Source: a virus. From it: a stretch of 64,000 nucleotides of DNA. Below, one piece after another: positions 9,490 to 19,099 of this stretch (positions within the stretch are counted from its first letter, which is position 1; the number at the start of each line of letters is the position of its first letter). Both the position numbers and the translations under genes were made by a program. The stretch is taken from positions 1 to 64,000 of the IMG/VR virus record IMGVR_UViG_3300012642_000011; one strand, given 5' to 3'. The notes under the pieces were generated by a model. The model searched no databases. It saw nothing but the letters and a program-made list of their open reading frames with translations, and was not told the origin of the DNA.

Positions 9490-11622
9490 TTGGCAGAGAA
9501 CAGTAATGCGCATGAATACACAGCATCCAGTATTAAGAACTTGAGTCCTCACGATCACCTTTTGAAGAGAATTTCCCTTACTTTTGGAACAGAGAATGCA
9601 GGATCTGAGCATTCTTCTCAGAAGGGTGTGGCTATCAGAGAGATCATTGATAATGCCATTGACGAGGTGAGGGCTGGGTATGGAAATAACGTGCGATTGT
9701 CGTTCTTCAAGGATGGGTCTTTCGAGGTTCAAGATTCTGGTCGTGGTATTCCTGTAGATGTGGGGCATGATGCTAATGGCAGACCTATGTCTGGTATTCA
9801 ACTTTCCCTTGGAGTGATTCAGTCTGGCGGAAAGTTCAGTACGGATTCTTCCCGTTACTCTTCAGGATTGAATGGTGTAGGTGCTTCTTCTACTATCCAC
9901 ACATCTAAGAGAAGTGATATCACTGTGTTCAGGAATGGGAGGAAGTATTCTTTGTCATTCAAGGATGGTACGCCTGGTTTCTTTGATGTTGATGCAGACC
10001 CTGATTCAAACTTCACAGAGTTGGAAGATTACACTTATCTCAAAGAAGAAGATGATAACAGGTCTGATGAGGAGAAGGAGAAGTTCCCTACAGGAACTAT
10101 TGTTAAGTGTTGGTTGAATGATTCTGTTTTCCCCTCTAAAAAGAAGTACAGTCATCAAGACCTGATTCAAAGACTTAAACTGACAGCATTTCTTGTTCCT
10201 TCATTGAATGCTGAAGTATACAATGAATTGAATATTGTGGAAGACTTTGAAACGGGGGAGAAATCTCCGCAGAGAGAACATTTCCATTTCCCTGAGGGTC
10301 TTAAAGCGTTGGTGGACTATAACCAAGTTGATACGCCTATCACTCCTGTGATTGTTATAGAGGCTAAGGCGAAGTATGTAGAGAATGCCGCTGTTTACAG
10401 TGAGGATGGGGTTCAGTATAAGGACGTTTCTCGTGTGACACCATTGAGTTTTGCTTTCAGGTATGGTGATAAATTTGAAACAGATAACATCAAGACTTTT
10501 GTGAACACTATTTACACGAAACTGGGAGGTGTCCACCAGAATGCCTTGGAGAAGGCTATGGTGAAGGCTTTCAATGCGCGTTTTGAGACTATGAAGGGGT
10601 TGATAACTAAGTCAGATAAGTCAGATCGTCCTATTGCAGAAGATTTCAAAGAGGGCTTGAATGCCGTCTTTGCCATTGAAGTTTCAGAACCTTCTTTCAC
10701 CTCACAGTCTAAAGAACAGTTGGATGGTGATGAACTTGAAAAGGGCATTCGTACTACTATGGTAGACGCATTGACACAATGGATCAATGACAAGGAGAAT
10801 GCTGATGTCCTCAATGTGATTGCAAATAAGGTCGTCACTGCTATGAGGAATAGAGTGAAGGCAAGAGATGCTAAAGAACTCAATAGAACAAAGAATAAGG
10901 TAGCCACTTCATCTATGCCAACAAGACTGTATGACTGCAGAAAGGCTGGAACAGAGGATGCTGAGTTCTATATCTGTGAGGGTAACTCTGCTTTGACATC
11001 AATGAAAAGTGCTCGCAGTGCTGACTTGCATGCTTTGCTTCCTATCCGTGGTAAAATCATTGGAGCACATGACGCTGCGGCTAAAGAAGTCCTTGCTAAT
11101 GAGGAATTCCAAGACATTGCTAAAGCGTTGGGTGCTGGAATTGGAAATGATTTCAACTCCGACAACCTGAGGTACGGTAGAGTATTCCTTGCCGTTGATG
11201 CTGATTATGATGGTAACCACATCGCGTCATTGTTGTATGCCCTTTTCTGGCATTACTTCCGACCTGTGATTACAGAAGGAAGACTTTTCAAGTTACAGTT
11301 GCCTTTGTATGTTATTGCTACTAAGGACAAGGGAACACAAAAGTACTATGCAAGGTCGGAGAAGGAGAGGGATATCATCGTCTCTGATTTGAAAAAGAAG
11401 GGGAAGAAGGTTTTGATTACCAGATTGAAGGGTCTTGGTGAAATGAATGCTGATGACTTGAGCATGCATGGATTCGATCCCGCTACCCGTGTGGTTACAC
11501 AGATCACTGCTGGTGAGGCTGAGGAAGTTACTCGATCACTTGATTTGATTTTCTCCAAGGACAAGACTGACGCTCGTAAAGAGTGGATCGCTACTTTTGA
11601 TTTCGATGAGAGCGAACTGTGA
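9490..11622 (+). CDS. type IIA topoisomerase B subunit (GyrB/ParE family). Orphan: no A subunit in the window.
   Basis: GHKL ATPase motifs (IIDNAIDEV, GLNGVGASS). TOPRIM EFYICEGNSALTSMK...LLPIRGKI. C-terminal LKGLGEMNADDL. TTG start preceded by RBS AAGGAGG. Confidence 0.8.
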   Translation: MAENSNAHEYTASSIKNLSPHDHLLKRISLTFGTENAGSEHSSQKGVAIREIIDNAIDEVRAGYGNNVRLSFFKDGSFEVQDSGRGIPVDVGHDANGRPMSGIQLSLGVIQSGGKFSTDSSRYSSGLNGVGASSTIHTSKRSDITVFRNGRKYSLSFKDGTPGFFDVDADPDSNFTELEDYTYLKEEDDNRSDEEKEKFPTGTIVKCWLNDSVFPSKKKYSHQDLIQRLKLTAFLVPSLNAEVYNELNIVEDFETGEKSPQREHFHFPEGLKALVDYNQVDTPITPVIVIEAKAKYVENAAVYSEDGVQYKDVSRVTPLSFAFRYGDKFETDNIKTFVNTIYTKLGGVHQNALEKAMVKAFNARFETMKGLITKSDKSDRPIAEDFKEGLNAVFAIEVSEPSFTSQSKEQLDGDELEKGIRTTMVDALTQWINDKENADVLNVIANKVVTAMRNRVKARDAKELNRTKNKVATSSMPTRLYDCRKAGTEDAEFYICEGNSALTSMKSARSADLHALLPIRGKIIGAHDAAAKEVLANEEFQDIAKALGAGIGNDFNSDNLRYGRVFLAVDADYDGNHIASLLYALFWHYFRPVITEGRLFKLQLPLYVIATKDKGTQKYYARSEKERDIIVSDLKKKGKKVLITRLKGLGEMNADDLSMHGFDPATRVVTQITAGEAEEVTRSLDLIFSKDKTDARKEWIATFDFDESEL

Positions 11623-11657
11623 TCTTGATGTGATATAGTTCTTCCTATCAAATACGA

Positions 11658-11697
11658 TGGCCGGAAGGGGCAAAAACCCCTTTCCGGCCATTTTTGT
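11658..11697 (+). terminator. rho-independent terminator
   Basis: ggccggaagggg-caaaaa-cccctttccggcc followed by atttttg. Confidence 0.7.
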
Positions 11698-11936
11698 TGC
11701 AAAACTGTTATAGAAATTGTCACACCCATTTTTGGCATCTTAAAAACCGCATTATTTCAACAGTTTTAGTCAAACACCTTTGTTGTCTGAATCAATGGGA
11801 TAACATTCAATGGATACTGATAACGAGTAAAACACTGGATAAAATTGTTTTCTGATTGATTTATGTGATAATATGTTCTTATAGAAGAGTTTCGATTTAG
11901 AGAATATTCTAAGACAAAGGGATTTGAAATAGGGAG

Positions 11937-13220
11937 TTGATTTTCGTGGCTAAATGGCACATATCATCAGAAGGAAAAGTTGAAAGGTGCAGAGCCTTTT
12001 TTCGCCCATGCCCTTTGACCAATTACGATACTGAAGAAGAAGCGCAAGCAGTTCTTGACAAGAAGGAAACAAAGAGTCTTTCCAAGAGCCGCACTCCCAC
12101 AAGGAGTCTTGCAGAAAGATTGCACAGGGAAGACTTTCCCAGTGCGATGCTGCGATATGACACCAATGATTCAATGGGAATCCAGCACACGATAAGTCAC
12201 TTCTCACGTTACACCAAAATGATGGGAGAAAAGCCCCTTACCCATCATGTGACTTTTGAAGTTGTTGACGAACTAGGGGACAAAGTGACATTTACCAGAT
12301 CCTCTTCTCTGAATAGAGAACACACCAAAGTGATTCCTCAGTGGTACATGAAGAGTGTGAACAATTATTCTCCTAAGAATAGAACTCTTAACATTGATGG
12401 CAATTATCACGAGGAAATGCAGAGTGTCCTCAAGGAGACCAAGGACACATTCTCCTATGCCAAGTCCTCCCGTAGATCCATTGCGGAAAAGGAAAGAGAC
12501 GGACAGCGGGCCGCAGAGATGTTCGCTTCTCTGGTCAATGCCATTGATGAGAGGGAGATCGGCCCTTATGAGATGGCAAGGAAACACCCCAAGAGAATGA
12601 CAACGTTCAGGAAGAGTGTTGATTCCACAATCGTTGATGTTAACACTATGCTTCAGACCAGTAATCTTGATGGTGAACTGTTGAAGGACTTCCTGAAACA
12701 GAATCCTGCAACCAGTGGTGGAAGAATCTTTGATGCCCAGATCAGAGTGTGGGATAATAGACATCAGGGTGCAGGAAAAGACGGATGGGCCATGTCTTAT
12801 GACAATGGTTACTGGAACTTCGAAAAAGGCAACGTATCTGAGCAAGGAAAATCAGAGAGTAAAAGAGTATCATCTGCACAGGATATGAAGAATCATGTCT
12901 ACAATGAGTTGATCAGTATGGGTGCCGACAAGAAAGAAGCAAAGGCAAAGGCTGACTATGCATTCAGAATGGTCAATGAGATCAATGATGCCATTGATGT
13001 CAGCATGGATGAGAAGCAATCTCCTGTCCTTGCAGAAAGGATTGCTGAACAGAAGAAAAAGGAATATGAGGATGAGAGTCGCGTTAAGAGTGCAGAAGAA
13101 AAACTCTTCTTCACATCTGAAAGGAAGAATCCCACACCTGTGAGAAACAGAATCTCATCTGACCCTTACGCGGAACAAAGTTATGAGGAGAAACTGGCTG
13201 AACTTCTCCACAGAGGATGA
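11937..13220 (+). CDS. N-terminal Cys/His module protein (degenerate copy), C-terminal domain unknown
   Basis: AKWHISSEGKVERCRAFFRPCPL...EEEAQAV has the same [YW]H-x-[NS]...C...C-P-[FL]...EEA pattern as 1177 and 2154. Probable start GTG 11946, 9 nt after AGGGAG. Confidence 0.4.
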   Translation: MIFVAKWHISSEGKVERCRAFFRPCPLTNYDTEEEAQAVLDKKETKSLSKSRTPTRSLAERLHREDFPSAMLRYDTNDSMGIQHTISHFSRYTKMMGEKPLTHHVTFEVVDELGDKVTFTRSSSLNREHTKVIPQWYMKSVNNYSPKNRTLNIDGNYHEEMQSVLKETKDTFSYAKSSRRSIAEKERDGQRAAEMFASLVNAIDEREIGPYEMARKHPKRMTTFRKSVDSTIVDVNTMLQTSNLDGELLKDFLKQNPATSGGRIFDAQIRVWDNRHQGAGKDGWAMSYDNGYWNFEKGNVSEQGKSESKRVSSAQDMKNHVYNELISMGADKKEAKAKADYAFRMVNEINDAIDVSMDEKQSPVLAERIAEQKKKEYEDESRVKSAEEKLFFTSERKNPTPVRNRISSDPYAEQSYEEKLAELLHRG

Positions 13221-13319
13221 TGCCAAAATCTTGTCAATCCATATCTGAAACCCAATGATGAGATAAGTTCTCTAGAACTCCATCATTGGGTTTTTGATAT
13301 GCTGTTGTGAGTTTTCTTT

Positions 13320-14198
13320 TTGAAGTTCTCAGAAAAACTGATGCCACCAGAGAAAAAGAAGAGGACAATGGCGAAGAAACAGATAGAATATGATCGTACT
13401 GCATTCATTGCTCAAATTAATGGTCAATACAAGATTGCAAGAAATCACCTCCCTAAAGTAATCGGAAGATCAGATAGATCTTACTTCATGGGAAATATGG
13501 TTGGGTTCAATGAGTACGCAAGTGATCACAATAGTGACACCCCCAATCAAAACACCATTACTACAATCAACCTGATGAGACAAACTTATGATGTCACTCT
13601 TCTAGCAGGCCCCAATGAGATGGCATGTTTGCATTATCCTGACGAGTACACATCAGACACGACTATTGAGATTCTTTCTCATTGGTGGTTCGCTAAGAAC
13701 AATGTTCTTAAGGTGGCAGCAGCAGACAGAGGAAGACTGATTTCTCATGGGGGATTGACTTATCTTGCATGGAAAGAAATAGGCTCCCCTAAGACTGCTG
13801 AGCAAGCAGCAGAATTGATCAATGAGAAGTATGGTAAGAGTGAGAGACATACTTCAGCATATCAACTTGGATTCGCCCCATCTTACAGAGCATCTCCTGT
13901 ATGGGCTGATCCCTTGATGGAAACGTACCCATCATGGATCACATCTGGTGAACCAATGCCTTTTCCACAGATACATAGCAGAACATCATTGTCCTCATTC
14001 GTGGGTAGGAAGAAAATGAATGATGAAGTTGACCCCTTGTACTTTTTGGAAAAGAAAAAACTGTATCCTACGTTTGGTTCCACTGCGACCATTTCAGGGA
14101 AACAAATGACCGCCATTGATCTTGACATTGGTGATAAGATTTTGACATCTATACCGAAACCTAAGAATTTCTTCATTGAGAAGAGAGTCAAGGACTGA
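13320..14198 (+). CDS. hypothetical protein (possible start ATG 13368)
   Basis: ORF with RBS-like AGAGGA before 13368. No confident motif. Confidence 0.35.
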   Translation: MKFSEKLMPPEKKKRTMAKKQIEYDRTAFIAQINGQYKIARNHLPKVIGRSDRSYFMGNMVGFNEYASDHNSDTPNQNTITTINLMRQTYDVTLLAGPNEMACLHYPDEYTSDTTIEILSHWWFAKNNVLKVAAADRGRLISHGGLTYLAWKEIGSPKTAEQAAELINEKYGKSERHTSAYQLGFAPSYRASPVWADPLMETYPSWITSGEPMPFPQIHSRTSLSSFVGRKKMNDEVDPLYFLEKKKLYPTFGSTATISGKQMTAIDLDIGDKILTSIPKPKNFFIEKRVKD

Positions 14199-14287
14199 GA
14201 TCAAGACCACAATATCTGTTATAAATGAGAAAAATTCTGATCTTTAGATAAGAACATTGGTACAATTACCAAAGGCACGCTTACAAT

Positions 14288-15346
14288 ATGAGCATGAAGA
14301 CGATGAAGGAGTCTACAATAATGAATCACGTATATGATTTTGACAGTTTCGATATCTCCAACAACGAGGGCACAGGGTACTTGGAGGTGACATATACTGA
14401 TCCACTGTTGAAGGGCTATAAAGTTATCATCGCAGCAGACAGTATTGTTGATCCTGATGAAGAGGATTCACGTTTGACGACAATGATAGCCGTCTTCCCA
14501 CGCTGTGTTCTTGCTGAATTCAATACACATAGAGTATTCTCAAGAAACTCTGCATCTTCAAGAGCAAGGTCTATGAGAGTAACACTTGAAGCCATTATGA
14601 AAACACCTTACATCCCTCTGTTCACCAAGAATCAGAAGGGTATGAGCGGAGACTTCATGACAGTGGAGGAAGCACAGCAAGCATCTGAGATCTGGTTAAA
14701 GGCACGCGATCATGCTACAGCAGCAACATTGAGACTCCTTTTGGGTGATCAGTTGCCAGCAAAGTACACAACAGATGAGCAGATTGTTGCTGATTATGCT
14801 GAATTGGTTGATTTCTATCAGAATGAGGTCTATGGCGAGGAGAGTTCTTCAGCATTATCAGTTCACAAGCAGAATGCCAATAGACTGCTTGAACCTTTCA
14901 TGTGGCATGAAGTTGTTGTCACATCATCTTATTGGTCAAATTATTTCGACTTGAGGACAGATCTTCGATATGCACAGCCTGAGATTTATGCTATTGCTGT
15001 CTTGATGCAGAAGGCATACGAGTTGTCTCAGCCAGTAACAAGAGATCAGCATACACCTTTTGTCAATGTTGATGATTATGATACATGGGATGATCTTATT
15101 GATGGGATGATGGTTTCTTCAGGAGAGGCAGCGCAGGTCTCCTACGTTGACAAGTCTAAGAGGGTCGGAACCTCTACTGTTGATTTTGGTAGACGATTGA
15201 TGTCATCAGGTCACCTGTCTCCTGCGGAGCATGCAGCCATTGCTAACAAATCTAAGTGGTCAGGTGAGTTCATGGCTGTAGATGGAAATTATTCTGAGCA
15301 TTGGACGCAGTTGAGAGGACTTTACGAAACAGGTCAATTGGACTGA
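14288..15346 (+). CDS. flavin-dependent thymidylate synthase ThyX-like protein (divergent, larger than typical)
   Basis: EFNTHRVFSRNSASSRA matches the ThyX RHRxxSxxxxSxR(Y) signature with T for the first R. An alternative start is ATG 14321, after AAGGAG. Confidence 0.4.
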   Translation: MSMKTMKESTIMNHVYDFDSFDISNNEGTGYLEVTYTDPLLKGYKVIIAADSIVDPDEEDSRLTTMIAVFPRCVLAEFNTHRVFSRNSASSRARSMRVTLEAIMKTPYIPLFTKNQKGMSGDFMTVEEAQQASEIWLKARDHATAATLRLLLGDQLPAKYTTDEQIVADYAELVDFYQNEVYGEESSSALSVHKQNANRLLEPFMWHEVVVTSSYWSNYFDLRTDLRYAQPEIYAIAVLMQKAYELSQPVTRDQHTPFVNVDDYDTWDDLIDGMMVSSGEAAQVSYVDKSKRVGTSTVDFGRRLMSSGHLSPAEHAAIANKSKWSGEFMAVDGNYSEHWTQLRGLYETGQLD

Positions 15347-15440
15347 TTTTGACCTTTAAAAGACACTCCCTTGTTTTTGTTTTGGACATTCTTTAGAAAA
15401 AACATAAGAAGTCCAGAAAAGGAAGCGAGGGAGTTTTTCT

Positions 15441-15737
15441 ATGGCAAGATACCATATCAGCCCTGACATCGGGCCTAGTAAGTGCTTTGCTGAATCAGAT
15501 GCCACATGCAAGTTCAGGGATTCAAGTGATCACTATGACTCCATTGAAGAAGCTTCGCAAGCCTACGCTGATAAACCAACCATTCCTACTCTTTCAAAGT
15601 CAGAGGTGAAAACAGAGACTTTAGCGAAAACAAAGAGTCAGAAGTTGGATTCTCTTTGTCCCTTTTCTAACCCAGATAAAAAGAACACTCTTGATCCTGC
15701 CTCTTTCATGATGCTGAAAGAAAAAATGGCAAGTTGA
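15441..15737 (+). CDS. small N-terminal Cys/His module protein (98 aa)
   Basis: MARYHISPDIGPSKCFAESDATCKF...IEEASQAY. RBS GGAAGCGAGGGAG upstream. Confidence 0.45.
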   Translation: MARYHISPDIGPSKCFAESDATCKFRDSSDHYDSIEEASQAYADKPTIPTLSKSEVKTETLAKTKSQKLDSLCPFSNPDKKNTLDPASFMMLKEKMAS

Positions 15738-15803
15738 ATCAAAAAGATTTTTAATTGAAATTAAAATTAGCGATATTCAATCTTTACGAAATGAGTTTAA
15801 AGA

Positions 15804-16085
15804 TTGAGGGGTAGTAGAATGCCTACAAACATCAACAGGTTAGCAGACATCATCATGTCACATAACGTGAAGATTCCTGACAATAACCCTGTTGATATGG
15901 AAGGATTATGGGAAGTGTTTCAAAACGTTCTTTCCACCAATGCTTACAATATTAATGGCAATGAAGAAATCCTCAATCATTTTGCGGAACTGGCTGTCAT
16001 CGACTTCATGATTGAAGCAACAGAGCAAGGGTATTCTGCACATGAGATCAAAGTTTTCCTGCAGGGGATAAAAAATGGCTTCTAA
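15804..16085 (+). CDS. hypothetical protein (probable start ATG 15819)
   Basis: RBS GAGGGG before 15819. Its stop overlaps the orn start. Confidence 0.4.
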   Translation: MRGSRMPTNINRLADIIMSHNVKIPDNNPVDMEGLWEVFQNVLSTNAYNINGNEEILNHFAELAVIDFMIEATEQGYSAHEIKVFLQGIKNGF

Positions 16086-16638
16086 GGAAAACAAAAAAGA
16101 ATATATTATTTGGATAGACGTGGAAACCTCAGGGGATAACCCTGACATACACGATCTTCTTGAAGTGGCTGCCTGCATGACAGACATGTCTGGAAACATG
16201 ATCGGAAGCGAATTTGAATCTCTCGTCTTTGTACCTCACCTTTCCGAAGTCATGTCAAAAGCAGAAAAACAAGTTCTGAATATGCATGAGAAATCAGGAC
16301 TATGGATTGATCTATGGAATTCAGCAAACTTGAAAACACGACAAGAAGTTGACAGTGCATTATTTGAATGGATCAAATCGAAAGAGATTCAAGGAAATCT
16401 TCTTTTTGGCGGAAACTCCATCACTTTGGATAGGAACTTTGTCAGAGTGAACCTTCCCTTGACGCACTCCTTGATCTCTCATCAATCAGTAGATGTGACA
16501 AGTATCTCAAAAGCGCTATCAGAATGGATACCTTGCCGACCTTATGCTGCCTCAGAACACAGAGCACTTCCCGACATCAGAAGGTCTATTAATGACTACA
16601 AGTGGATCAAGTCTACATTGCACGCAAAGATGGCCTGA
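16075..16638 (+). CDS. orn: oligoribonuclease (DEDDh 3'-5' exonuclease, Orn family)
   Basis: IWIDVETSGDNPDIHDLLEVAACMTD (exo motif I). GGNSITLDRNFV (motif II). HQSVDVTSI (motif III). Size 187 aa. Confidence 0.75.
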   Translation: MASKENKKEYIIWIDVETSGDNPDIHDLLEVAACMTDMSGNMIGSEFESLVFVPHLSEVMSKAEKQVLNMHEKSGLWIDLWNSANLKTRQEVDSALFEWIKSKEIQGNLLFGGNSITLDRNFVRVNLPLTHSLISHQSVDVTSISKALSEWIPCRPYAASEHRALPDIRRSINDYKWIKSTLHAKMA

Positions 16639-16713
16639 TCTGAACAGGGCACTTACTTGTTAGATACTCCTTTCCCGTTTGTTATAATTCATCCGAAACG
16701 ATAAACAAGGAGT

Positions 16714-17034
16714 ATGGCTATGAAGGTTGAGATTTACAGTAAGAATGATTGCCCCCAGTGTGAAAGTGTTAAAAGGCCATTGATTTCACGCGGTGTTGAG
16801 TACGTTGAAACCAATAGGGATGAAGTTGATGATCCACAGTCTGTAACAGACTTTCTGAAGTCACGTGGAATACAGGAGTTCCCCTACGTTGTTGTCAGTG
16901 AACTCAAGGATGAAGAAGACTTCTCCTTCTCTGGAAGTGCAGCAAAAGGAAACAATGCTGCTTTGATCAGAAAGATTATTGACATTCATATGGATGAGAA
17001 GGCTGATGCTGATTCTGATACATGGGATTTCTGA
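16714..17034 (+). CDS. nrdH: NrdH/glutaredoxin-like redoxin
   Basis: VEIYSKNDCPQCESVK: a CxxC thioredoxin fold, about 80-aa core plus acidic tail. Confidence 0.6.
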   Translation: MAMKVEIYSKNDCPQCESVKRPLISRGVEYVETNRDEVDDPQSVTDFLKSRGIQEFPYVVVSELKDEEDFSFSGSAAKGNNAALIRKIIDIHMDEKADADSDTWDF

Positions 17035-17132
17035 GAATATAAGGTAAACAATGTTGACAATGCCTACAAGTAATCACTTGTGGGCATTGATTTAATATAA
17101 AGATTTCAATGATCAGAAGAATGTAGCAATAG

Positions 17133-18995
17133 TTGTGGAGGATGAAGATGGCTACGGATTTTAAAGAAGTTATTGCAAATGTGAAGAATGCCTATGACAT
17201 AGTTGACTTCATCACCGTACAAGGAGGAATTGATCTTCACGGATCAGGAGACTCTTTGAAAGGTCTATGCCCATTCCATAATGAATCTACACCTTCTTTC
17301 AGTGTAAGAAGGAATTTCCAGACTTATCGTTGCTTTGGCTGTGGCGAGCATGGTGACATTATTTCCTTCTATATGAATACAGAGAACTTATCATTCATTG
17401 ATGCTCTGAGAAGGCTTGCAGAAGACAAAGGCATCGAATTTGTAGAATCAGAATCTACTGGTATCAGCATCAGGCAGATTAAAGAATGCGTAAAGAAGAC
17501 AGCAGTCTTCTTTGTGAAGAGGTTCAGAGACTTAGATGACGAGCATCCTGCAAAACAAGAAATCCTCAAAAGAGGATTATTGCTCAATTCTCTGAAGTAC
17601 GGTTATGCACCTGAAGGGAATGATACTCTCTATAGGTATTTGAAAGATGAAGGATTCGAAGATGATGTCATCTTGGAATCAGGTGTTTGCGCCAAACTGA
17701 AGAAAGGCGTCAATGAAGGAAAGATTGTTGATAGATGGCGCGGAAGGTTGATGTTTGTCATTGGTGATGTTTCAGGAGCACCAGTAGGGTTCTCAGGAAA
17801 GAAACTCTTTGACACAGACAAGATGGGAAAGTATGTCAACTCCCCTGATACACCAGTGTTCAATAAAAGCAAACTTCTTTTCAATGCCAGTAGCGCAAGG
17901 AAAAAGGCTGCAGAGCAAGAGAAACTGTTCGTCGCTGAAGGACAGTTTGATGTTGTGGCATTGAAGTCTGCTGGTGTGGAGAACTCTGTTGCAGCACTAG
18001 GAACAGCGTTTACTGAATCCCATGCGCAGATGTGTAGGCGAATGGTCAACAGTGGAAAGATTGTGTTCTGCTTTGATGGTGATGACGCTGGTATTGAAGC
18101 AGCAGTGAAAGTATTCAAGAAGATCCCATCTATCCATGCTCAATCCTATGTAGTCAGGTTCCCTGATGGGCAAGACCCTTGTGATTATCTGCAGAATCAC
18201 GGAGAAGATGAACTGAAGAAACTCATTGAGGAAAATCAAATACCTTTGATGAAGTTTGTTCTTGATGTCATCAAAGGAAAGCATGATATCTCATCTGACA
18301 TGGGCAAGTCAGCATATCTTGAAGAGGCTGTTGCTACGTTAGCTCTGGTGACAAATGACAGTCTTATTGATTCTGCTGTAAGAACAGTCTCATTGGTTTC
18401 TTCTTCTCGAATCGATCACATTAAAATGATGATCTCAAAGAACAAGAAGGATAAGACAGAGCATGTTTTCATCGAAGATGATGATTCTTCTGATTCCAGA
18501 CCTGAAATGAGCACCACATCTGATGATGAAGAGATGATCGTCAAGAAGATTGAGAAATCAAGACTTTATCATTTGTCAGCTATTATCTGCACACTTGCTT
18601 TACGAATAGACTTAGATGAGGACATGTTCCAAAAAGTACAGTCATCTATCCCGAAATCTCTTAGAGGAATCTTGGACCAAGCAAAAACTGCTCGCAATGA
18701 AGGAAAACCCATCATTCCAGAAGCGTTTGATATGCCTGCTGTTGCGAGCATTCTTCTCAGTGATGAATTGGTTCCTACTGAGGCAGATTTCAATGAAAAT
18801 GATGCCAAGAGTTTGCTATTGAAGAACATTGATAGGCTTGAAAAAGAGAAGGTTGCACTCCAAGTAAGAAAAATCAAAATGGAGACAGCAAGGCTTCTTG
18901 ACGGGGCATCCAATGAATCTCCTGAGTACCTCAAAGAGTTAATGGAGAAAGAAAAGGAGCAGATCGCCTCTTTAATGGTCACTGATGACTCCTGA
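17133..18995 (+). CDS. dnaG: DNA primase DnaG
   Basis: CHC2 zinc finger CPFHNESTPSFSV...RCFGCGEHGD. TOPRIM EGQFDVVAL...DGDDAG. Confidence 0.85.
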   Translation: MWRMKMATDFKEVIANVKNAYDIVDFITVQGGIDLHGSGDSLKGLCPFHNESTPSFSVRRNFQTYRCFGCGEHGDIISFYMNTENLSFIDALRRLAEDKGIEFVESESTGISIRQIKECVKKTAVFFVKRFRDLDDEHPAKQEILKRGLLLNSLKYGYAPEGNDTLYRYLKDEGFEDDVILESGVCAKLKKGVNEGKIVDRWRGRLMFVIGDVSGAPVGFSGKKLFDTDKMGKYVNSPDTPVFNKSKLLFNASSARKKAAEQEKLFVAEGQFDVVALKSAGVENSVAALGTAFTESHAQMCRRMVNSGKIVFCFDGDDAGIEAAVKVFKKIPSIHAQSYVVRFPDGQDPCDYLQNHGEDELKKLIEENQIPLMKFVLDVIKGKHDISSDMGKSAYLEEAVATLALVTNDSLIDSAVRTVSLVSSSRIDHIKMMISKNKKDKTEHVFIEDDDSSDSRPEMSTTSDDEEMIVKKIEKSRLYHLSAIICTLALRIDLDEDMFQKVQSSIPKSLRGILDQAKTARNEGKPIIPEAFDMPAVASILLSDELVPTEADFNENDAKSLLLKNIDRLEKEKVALQVRKIKMETARLLDGASNESPEYLKELMEKEKEQIASLMVTDDS

Positions 18996-19099
18996 CTTTC
19001 CCTACAGTCAGTTTGTTCTTTGAATGACTTGTTGCCCCTCTCTGGATTTGGTTGATATAGATATTCATGTGAAAGAATCAAATCATTTTCAGAGAGGGA

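Noticed and set aside
12273-12845. 190-aa minus-strand ORF
   Set aside because: Antisense to the well-supported plus-strand gene 11937..13220. No RBS. Composition typical of shadow ORFs. The same reasoning applies to the many 60-150-aa minus-strand ORFs embedded in ligA, gyrB-like, dnaG, T4CP, cpaF and the giant genes.
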